Assembly: GCA_044450345.1 (NCBI GenBank)
Contig: JBIOIY010000001.1
Coordinates: 32,001-96,000 of the forward strand
Origin: Thermodesulfovibrionales bacterium
GTDB lineage: Bacteria > Nitrospirota > Thermodesulfovibrionia > Thermodesulfovibrionales > UBA6898
Reading direction: 5' to 3'
DNA: 64,000 bases
In this document: positions 57,468-64,000 of the stretch, one piece after another
Layout of the letters: every line of letters starts with the position of its first letter
Numbering within the stretch: position 1 is the first letter of the stretch
Made by a program: the position numbers and the translations under genes
Notes under the pieces: model-generated
What the model saw: only the letters and a program-made list of their open reading frames with translations
The model's database searches: none
What the model was told of the DNA's origin: nothing

Positions 57468-57848
57468 AACGATTACTACCTCCTTTTTAAAATTACCCTT
57501 TACGCTTATTATATGACATTAACTCTTGCAACAGAATTATTATTCATTTCAACCAAAAATGAGTTTTAAGGAAAAGCCCATTACCTAGTGCGGCACTGCA
57601 CAGGGACACCCTCCTGGATTCAATCACAGTCAGGGGGCAGAAGAAGGTTGCCAAGACCAAGGAGATCATGGAAAAGGAGTTCGATCTCGCCAGATTTCTG
57701 GAGGAACTCAAAATCGGGAAATAGCGGGCAGTCGCGCCATCAAGATAGAGGATGTTTCGTGGCACGGCTCTTTTTTTGCCAAACCTTGCATTGCCCTGCC
57801 CTATTCTCCTATTCTATGTAGTAAATCACACACAGGGGGCCCTTATCT

Positions 57849-58529
57849 ATGGAAGACCTAAAGACGTCTGAAACATGGCGGGTGTTCAGGATTCAGTCCG
57901 AACTGGTAGAAGGTTTCGAGACCCTCCACGACCTCGGTCCGGCCGTTACTATATTCGGAAGTGCAAGACTGTCGCAGGAAAACAGATATTATGATGATGC
58001 CTTTACGCTGGCAAAGATGCTTGCTGACGACGGTTTTGCGATCATCACTGGAGGCGGCCCCGGTATCATGGAAGGCGCCAACAAAGGTGCAAAAAAGGGA
58101 AAGGCACATTCCGTAGGCCTGAACATAGAGATACCGAGCGAGCAGGTGCCCAATAGATATCAGGACGTCAGCCTCTCTTTCCGGTATTTCTTCATAAGGA
58201 AGCTGATGTTCATCAAATACGCCATCGCCTTCATCATCTTCCCCGGGGGCTTCGGAACCATGGATGAACTGTTCGAGGCATTGACCCTTTCCCAAACCAA
58301 AAGGATTCAGTCCTTCCCGATCATCCTCTATGGTTCCGAACACTGGAAGGGCCTTATCGACTGGATGAAAAACACGCTCGTCCGGAACGGAACGATCGCA
58401 CGGGAAGACTTCTCCCTCTTCTCCCTGGTCGATACGCCGGAAGAGGTCCGTTTCCTCATCAACGAGCATTACCGGGTATTCGGAGGAGTCAGGCCGAAGG
58501 CAAACAGCGAAAAGAAAAATCAGAAATAA
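57849..58529 (+). CDS. LOG-family Rossmann-fold nucleotide monophosphate nucleosidase
   Basis: FGSAR, TGGGPGIM, YFFIRK and PGGFGTMDE. Confidence 0.92.
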   Translation: MEDLKTSETWRVFRIQSELVEGFETLHDLGPAVTIFGSARLSQENRYYDDAFTLAKMLADDGFAIITGGGPGIMEGANKGAKKGKAHSVGLNIEIPSEQVPNRYQDVSLSFRYFFIRKLMFIKYAIAFIIFPGGFGTMDELFEALTLSQTKRIQSFPIILYGSEHWKGLIDWMKNTLVRNGTIAREDFSLFSLVDTPEEVRFLINEHYRVFGGVRPKANSEKKNQK

Positions 58530-58536
58530 GACTACT

Positions 58537-58582
58537 CCCTCTTCTTCCCCTCTCATCACGGGGGGAGGAAGAGGGTATTTTT
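58537..58582 (+). terminator. Intrinsic terminator-like hairpin between convergent genes
   Basis: CCCTCTTCTTCCCC (58537-50) pairs with GGGGAGGAAGAGGG (58562-75) with one G-U pair, followed by TATTTTT. Confidence 0.6.
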
Positions 58583-58626
58583 CAAGTTACGGCGGTGATT
58601 ATTTTCGCCACTTGAATTGCATCAAT

Positions 58627-59658
58627 TTACACTCTGCTCAGTCTGTGTACCGCCTCGACCATCGCGACGGCATTCTCCACCGGCGTTTCAGGCAGTATGC
58701 CATGCCCCAGATTAAAGATATGTCCGTGTGCGGTTTCGGCCTTGTTCAGGATGTCCTGCACCCTTTCCTCGATATGTTCCTTAGGTCCGAAAAGCACCAG
58801 GGGGTCGAGGTTCCCCTGGACCGATACCTTCTTGCCGAGTCCCTTTACCGCCCTGCCCATATCGACGCGCCAGTCTATGCCTATGACGTCGGCCCCTGAT
58901 TTTTTTGCTATATCCAGGACGCCCGCACAATCGTTTACAAAATAGATGATCGGGACATCATGACTTTTTTTCAACGCCTTTATCGCAGATTTCACGTAGG
59001 GGAATATCACATTTTCGTAATCAAAAGGCGAAAGTATGCCGGCCCATGAATCAAAGAGCTGCACCGCCTGAGCACCCGCCCTTATCTGGGCGGAAAGGTA
59101 ATCTATGACCGTCGACGTGATCTTGTCGAACAATGCGGAAAAAAGTCCGGGGTTTTGGTACATCATCTTCTTTGTATTGATAAAATTCTTGGAGCTTCCG
59201 CCTTCGATTATGTACGTCGCAAGGGTGAAAGGCGCGCCCGAAAAACCGATCAGAGGGACCCTGTTTGAGAGCTCTCGCCTGAGGATCCTTATCGTCTCGA
59301 GCACAAAGGGCATACTGTCCTCGGTGTCCGGGATGATCAGCTTGTCGACACCCGACTTGTTCCTGACCGGTTCGCCGAGGATAGGCCCTTTCTTGTCGGA
59401 AAACTCCAGATGCATCCCCATCGCCTCGACAGGGATAAGGATGTCGGAGAAGAGTATAGCCGCGTCGACTCCGAGTATATCGATCGGCTGGAGAGTGACC
59501 TTTGCGGCCAGCTCCGGAGTTTTGCAGAGGGTGAGAAAATCCACCTTCGCGCGCACTTCCTGATATTCCTTCAGGTACCGGCCTGCCTGCCTCATCAGCC
59601 ATACTGGAGTGTAATCCACCTTCTCGCCCCTGCAGGCCCTCAAAAAAGTATCGTTCAT
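58627..59658 (-). CDS. hemE: Uroporphyrinogen decarboxylase
   Basis: [29 protein letters not shown] and FNLGHG. True start MNDTF at 59658. Confidence 0.96.
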   Translation of the reverse strand: MNDTFLRACRGEKVDYTPVWLMRQAGRYLKEYQEVRAKVDFLTLCKTPELAAKVTLQPIDILGVDAAILFSDILIPVEAMGMHLEFSDKKGPILGEPVRNKSGVDKLIIPDTEDSMPFVLETIRILRRELSNRVPLIGFSGAPFTLATYIIEGGSSKNFINTKKMMYQNPGLFSALFDKITSTVIDYLSAQIRAGAQAVQLFDSWAGILSPFDYENVIFPYVKSAIKALKKSHDVPIIYFVNDCAGVLDIAKKSGADVIGIDWRVDMGRAVKGLGKKVSVQGNLDPLVLFGPKEHIEERVQDILNKAETAHGHIFNLGHGILPETPVENAVAMVEAVHRLSRV

Positions 59659-60725
59659 TTTGCCACCTTTCCGATTTTCCTGGGGACATAACTGCAGAAC
59701 GGTTCTTCTTCGAGGTAATCTCCGTACACGGAATACGCCCTGGCACGGCAACCGCCGCAGACGTTGACAAACTCGCAGGAACCGCATTTCCCCTTGTATT
59801 TTTTGAAATCCCTCAGGTCCTTGAAAAGCGCCGAACCCTCCCAGATCTCCTTGAATGAACTCTCCCGAACATTGCCCGCGGGCTTCGGGAAGTAACTGCA
59901 TGGGAGCACATTGCCGTCTACATCGATCAGGCATATGAGCTGTCCCGCGATGCAGCCTTTGGAACCGCCCGTCGAAAACTTAAGGGTACGCTTCTTGAAC
60001 TTTTCCCCTTCTTTCTTTGACTGCTGCAAGACCACCCGGTAATAATGCGGCGCGCACGTCGGCCTCACAAGCATCATGTCCTCGTCCTTCTCCATCTGAT
60101 AATGCCAGTCGAGGATCTCCTCGTAATCCTCCTTCGAGATGAGCTCGTTCATGATCTCTTCACCCCGGCCCGTCGGCACGATCATGAACATGTACCAGGC
60201 CGTAGCCCCGAGTTCTTTCGCAAGACGATAGACCTTCGGTATCTCCTCCTGGTTTCTACGGGTAAAAGAGGAATTCACGATAAACTCTATCCCGTGCCTC
60301 TTGAAGAGCCTCGCCGCATTGATCGTTCCGGCAAAGGCCCCCTTCTGGCTCCTGAAATCGTCATGAACGCCCTCTTCGGAACCGTCAAGGCTGAGCGAAA
60401 CGATCCTGATACCCGAGGTCTTGATATTTTCGCAGGTTTCGTCGTTGACGAGCGTACCGTTCGTGGCAAGACACATCCTCAGGCCCTTGTCCGTTCCATA
60501 TCGGGCAATCTCGAAAACGTCCTTTCTCACAAGGGGCTCTCCCCCGGAAAGGACGACGACAGGTTTCGCATAGCTCACAATATCATCTATTACCCTGAAT
60601 GCCTCGGAAGTAGGAAAATCAGGGTGGCCCTTCGCCTCCATCTCCGAGGATGAGCGGCAATGGACACAGCGGAGGTTGCATCTCCTCGTTATCTCCCAGG
60701 CAATCCACTTGGGTGAAAATTCCAT
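59655..60725 (-). CDS. ahbD: Radical SAM/SPASM protein, AhbD/NirJ-like (probable heme b synthase)
   Basis: [15 protein letters not shown] (CxxxCxxC), [20 protein letters not shown] and SPASM CGSC...CGGCRARA; coupled to hemE. Confidence 0.7.
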   Translation of the reverse strand: MEFSPKWIAWEITRRCNLRCVHCRSSSEMEAKGHPDFPTSEAFRVIDDIVSYAKPVVVLSGGEPLVRKDVFEIARYGTDKGLRMCLATNGTLVNDETCENIKTSGIRIVSLSLDGSEEGVHDDFRSQKGAFAGTINAARLFKRHGIEFIVNSSFTRRNQEEIPKVYRLAKELGATAWYMFMIVPTGRGEEIMNELISKEDYEEILDWHYQMEKDEDMMLVRPTCAPHYYRVVLQQSKKEGEKFKKRTLKFSTGGSKGCIAGQLICLIDVDGNVLPCSYFPKPAGNVRESSFKEIWEGSALFKDLRDFKKYKGKCGSCEFVNVCGGCRARAYSVYGDYLEEEPFCSYVPRKIGKVAK

Positions 60726-60769
60726 TAGCTATCTCCTTGCTTAAATAATAAAGAACCCTACCGACACTA

Positions 60770-62431
60770 TTATACCTTTGCCTCAATTAATTTTTCACCA
60801 AAGAGAATACCCTCGATTAAGCTGAGCAGGGTGCCGAAGGTGTTTGTGTCCAATGCGGAGACGCCTACCGCGCCGAACCGCGTTGTGAGGCTATCGATCT
60901 CCCCCCTGCCCAGTCTGTCTGTTTTATTAAAAACGAGAAGACGCTTTTTATCGCCAAGATTGAGATCGGAAAGGATCCGCTCTACAGATGCGATGTGCTG
61001 CTCGAACCTCGGGCTCGACGCGTCGACGACATGCAGCAGAAGGTCCGCGTCCTCAAGCTCCTCGAGCGTAGCCCTGAAGGCCGTCATCAGGTCCTTAGGA
61101 AGGTCCCTAATGAAGCCGACGGTATCGGTAATCACGACTTCACGTTCCCGCGGAAACCTGAGCCTCCTGCTGGCGGTGTCGAGAGTGGCAAACAGCTTGT
61201 CCTCCACGAAGGTCCGGCTTTTTGTAAGCGCGTTGAGAAGCGTCGATTTTCCCGCATTAGTGTATCCTATAATAGAGACTATAGGGATCTTTGCCTGCAC
61301 CCGCCGTGACTTTCTCTGGCTTCTCGCCTTGCTGAGGGTCTTGAGCTCCTTTTCGAGGAGCCCTATCCTGTCCCTCACCCGCCGCCTGTCTATCTCCAGT
61401 TTCATCTCCCCGGGGCCCCTGCCGCCGATCCCCCCCATGAGCCGCGACATAGCCGTACCTTTGCCGGTGAGTCGCGGCAGTCTGTACTTTAGTTGTGCAA
61501 GCTCCACCTGCACCTTACCGTCCCTGCTGTGAGCACGGCGGGCGAAGATGTCGAGGATCAGCTGGGAGCGGTCGATGACCTTCAGTTCCGTCAGCTCGCT
61601 TATCGACTTGATCTGTGACGGCGTGAGGTCCTGATCGAAGATAAGCAGTGTGGCGCCCTTGTTCATCGCGGTGATCACGAGTTCCTTGATCTTGCCTTCA
61701 CCCATAAGATATTTCGGGTTGATCTCCTTCGGTCTCTGTACGACCGAATCGAGCACAAAGACATCGCTCGACTCTGCGAGCTCCCTCAGTTCATCCGCAG
61801 AATCTTCCTGTTCGTACTTAGGCTTCAGGGAAACAGTGACGAGGATGGCCCTCTCACGGCCTGTTCTCTCGCTTCGGGTCGACCCCTTTCCTGGAACCTC
61901 GAACCCTCGCGCCCTTTCGAGCTCCTCCTCAAGGGCCGATATGAAGGGTTTGAAATCGACCGTATGCCTGTAAAAGTCTTCGACCGGCAGCACTTCGTAG
62001 GGAACCCCCGTACCCTGCGGCAGAAGATGCGCTACATACATACCGGCCGGTTGGCCGTCTTTTACCCCAACTGCGGCGATAATATCGAATCTGAGGAGTG
62101 AAAGGTCGGTAAGATCGTCCTGGTTGAGAGGTTCGTTGCTCAGATGGGTGTGAATAAACCTGAGTCCCCTGAGCGCCTTCCTGCCGATGGGATAGTCTGC
62201 AAGAGGAGGGATAAAAATGCCTTTCGCGTCCCCTATGACCACGTGGGTCACGTTCCCCTTTCGCGAGATTATGACCCCGACTTGCCGGTTTATTTCAGAG
62301 GATATCTGGGCCAGATATTTCCCAAGTTCAGTGCTTATCAGCTCGCCGTGAAGACGTCTTCGGTAGATCCTCTCGAGCGCGTATATCTGACTCCCTTTGA
62401 GACCTGTAAGTTTTCCGTAAAGTACCGGTAT
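60770..62431 (-). CDS. hflX: GTPase HflX, long N-terminal form, probable ATA start
   Basis: LILDIFARRA, GGRGPGE, GYTNAGKST, LFATLD, DTVGFI and NKTD. The frame continues upstream of the ORF-track start with HflX-like sequence as far as ATA at 62431. Confidence 0.92.
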   Translation of the reverse strand: MPVLYGKLTGLKGSQIYALERIYRRRLHGELISTELGKYLAQISSEINRQVGVIISRKGNVTHVVIGDAKGIFIPPLADYPIGRKALRGLRFIHTHLSNEPLNQDDLTDLSLLRFDIIAAVGVKDGQPAGMYVAHLLPQGTGVPYEVLPVEDFYRHTVDFKPFISALEEELERARGFEVPGKGSTRSERTGRERAILVTVSLKPKYEQEDSADELRELAESSDVFVLDSVVQRPKEINPKYLMGEGKIKELVITAMNKGATLLIFDQDLTPSQIKSISELTELKVIDRSQLILDIFARRAHSRDGKVQVELAQLKYRLPRLTGKGTAMSRLMGGIGGRGPGEMKLEIDRRRVRDRIGLLEKELKTLSKARSQRKSRRVQAKIPIVSIIGYTNAGKSTLLNALTKSRTFVEDKLFATLDTASRRLRFPREREVVITDTVGFIRDLPKDLMTAFRATLEELEDADLLLHVVDASSPRFEQHIASVERILSDLNLGDKKRLLVFNKTDRLGRGEIDSLTTRFGAVGVSALDTNTFGTLLSLIEGILFGEKLIEAKV

Positions 62432-62540
62432 TCCCCTTCCTCCAAAAATTAGTTTAAACTTTCTCTATTTCCTAATATCATTGTACCATAGATAAGTTGC
62501 CGCTTAAGCATATTCGGCATTCTAAACAAAGGGAGGACAA

Positions 62541-63083
62541 ATGAAGATCATACTGGAACATAAAATCGCCGGAAAGACACTCCGCCTCGTGCAGGGTGAT
62601 ATCACGGAAAGAGACGTTGACGCCATCGTCAACGCGGCCAATTCCCATCTTCAGCACGGTGGCGGCGTTGCAGGCGCCATCGTAAAGAAAGGCGGCAATA
62701 TTATTCAGGAAGAAAGCGACAGGATAGGATTTACGCCGGTAGGGACGGCGGTTATCACAGGTGCGGGCAGACTTCCCTCAAAATTCGTGATACACGCGGT
62801 AGGACCGAGGATGGGTGAGGGGGACGAAGACAGCAAGCTCAAAAATGCAGTCCGCAACACTCTCGTGCTGGCCCACGAAAAGAACTTAAAAAGCATATCA
62901 CTTCCGGCGATAAGTTCCGGCATATTCGGGTTCCCTAAGGACAGGTGTGCCCGCATTCTTGTCGGCGAATCGGCATCTTTCCTTAAAGAACATAAAGGGT
63001 GCAATCTCGACGTTGTTGAGTTCTGCATATACGACGACATCACGCTGGGACATTTCATGAAGGAATTCGGGAGGCTTAAATAA
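62541..63083 (+). CDS. Macro domain protein (O-acetyl-ADP-ribose deacetylase-like)
   Basis: GDIT, AIVNAAN, GGGVAGAI, IHAVGP and PAISSGIFG. Confidence 0.92.
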   Translation: MKIILEHKIAGKTLRLVQGDITERDVDAIVNAANSHLQHGGGVAGAIVKKGGNIIQEESDRIGFTPVGTAVITGAGRLPSKFVIHAVGPRMGEGDEDSKLKNAVRNTLVLAHEKNLKSISLPAISSGIFGFPKDRCARILVGESASFLKEHKGCNLDVVEFCIYDDITLGHFMKEFGRLK

Positions 63084-63140
63084 CGAATTATCTATTTCAG
63101 GCAAGTGTCAGCGTCCACCGGCCGACACGGGTATTAGACT

Positions 63141-64000
63141 CTATTTCATGCTTTTATTGTCGGCACGCATGAACTCGGCCTTTATTTTCTTATACAGCTC
63201 CTCGGGCGTAAATACTGCCCCTCCGGCCCTGCCATAAAACACCACCTCGCATTTCCCATTTACCGCCAGCCTTACATCATCGGCCATCTGCCCGGCGTTC
63301 ATCTCTACAACCATAAGCCTTTTTAACCCGCCCGACACTTCAGCGATCCTTTTTTCAGGAAAAGGGAACAGTGTAACAGGTCTGAAAAGGCCGACCTTCC
63401 TGCCCTCTTTCCTCAAGTCCCGCACGGAGGAAAGGGCGATCCGCGCGGCCACACCGAAGGCCACGACCACCAACTCGGCGTCCTCTACGTCATACTCATC
63501 GAACATGACCTCTCGTTTTTTTATCAGCTCATACTTATCAGACAGTTTGTTGTTTCTCTCTTCGAGTTCCCCCTGCCCCATGCAAAGCGAACGAATTACC
63601 CTTGGAGCGCGGTCTTTGCACCCGTTAAGGACCCAGTCTTTTTTCGGGAGGCGGGGCCGAACATATCTTGTCTGCTTAAACGGTTCCATCATCTGTCCGA
63701 TCACTCCGTCCCCGAGGATAATAGCGGTAATTCTGTATTCATCGGCCTTGTCGAACGCCCTTATCGTAAGATCCCACATCTCCTGAACGCTAAAGGGAGA
63801 ATATACTATACAACGGTAATCCCCATGTCCTCCGCCCTTTACGGCCTGATAATAATCGCCCTGGCTCGCAGTGATATTGCCCAGCCCCGGCCCGCCCCTC
63901 TGTATGTTGACGATTACCGCCGGCAATTCGGCTCCTGCAAGGAACGAGATCGCTTCCTGCATAAGACTTATGCCGGGACTGCTCGAAGACGTCATCGCCC
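63141..64000 (-). CDS. 2-oxoacid:ferredoxin oxidoreductase alpha subunit (VorB-like), 5' end outside the window
   Basis: TSSSSPGISLMQE, RGGPGLG, GGGHGDY and VEMNAGQM. Confidence 0.88.
   Translation of the reverse strand, partial: AMTSSSSPGISLMQEAISFLAGAELPAVIVNIQRGGPGLGNITASQGDYYQAVKGGGHGDYRCIVYSPFSVQEMWDLTIRAFDKADEYRITAIILGDGVIGQMMEPFKQTRYVRPRLPKKDWVLNGCKDRAPRVIRSLCMGQGELEERNNKLSDKYELIKKREVMFDEYDVEDAELVVVAFGVAARIALSSVRDLRKEGRKVGLFRPVTLFPFPEKRIAEVSGGLKRLMVVEMNAGQMADDVRLAVNGKCEVVFYGRAGGAVFTPEELYKKIKAEFMRADNKSMK

Noticed and set aside
57540..57724. Selenocysteine read-through at TGA 57560
   Set aside because: The upstream frame has no start or SD and is AT-rich intergenic sequence; no redox-motif context or evident SECIS hairpin.
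1..64000. CRISPR arrays, rRNA, tRNA and IS elements
   Set aside because: No regularly spaced direct repeats, tRNA/rRNA-like sequence or transposase ORFs were seen by eye; intergenic gaps are short.

Overview
A gene-dense window of mostly core chromosome from an anaerobic Gram-negative bacterium. Gene content and order suggest Nitrospirota (Thermodesulfovibrionia-like) or a related deltaproteobacteria-like lineage; this is inference, not a database result. Housekeeping genes include der, mfd, uppS-cdsA-dxr-rseP, proB, thrC-like/moaD/NIL/apgM/lysC/cimA, fabD, queD, hpt, xerD, pilD, recG, nusA, rimP, hemE with an ahbD-like radical SAM gene, and hflX. Energy and redox genes include an acyl-CoA dehydrogenase-EtfBA module with a ferredoxin-fused EtfA, nrfHA, rubrerythrin, Nfu, a flavoprotein disulfide reductase and a VKOR-DsbA fusion. 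Signalling genes include a heme-c-motif HD-GYP protein, two PilZ proteins, two histidine kinases and a further response regulator. I saw no rRNA, tRNA, CRISPR array, prophage or transposase. The best leads are: (1) hflX apparently starting at a non-canonical AUA codon; (2) a ThrC-like/sulfur-carrier/NIL module whose carrier GG is masked by a 15-aa tail, a candidate homocysteine pathway; (3) a bifurcating-type Etf module translationally coupled to fabD; (4) a sigma54-type promoter driving a CxxCH-sensor phosphodiesterase next to a channel with a degenerate K+ filter; (5) a probable Ca-independent NrfA; (6) several apparently leaderless genes; (7) a nested REP-like palindrome. None of these is proven novel from sequence alone.
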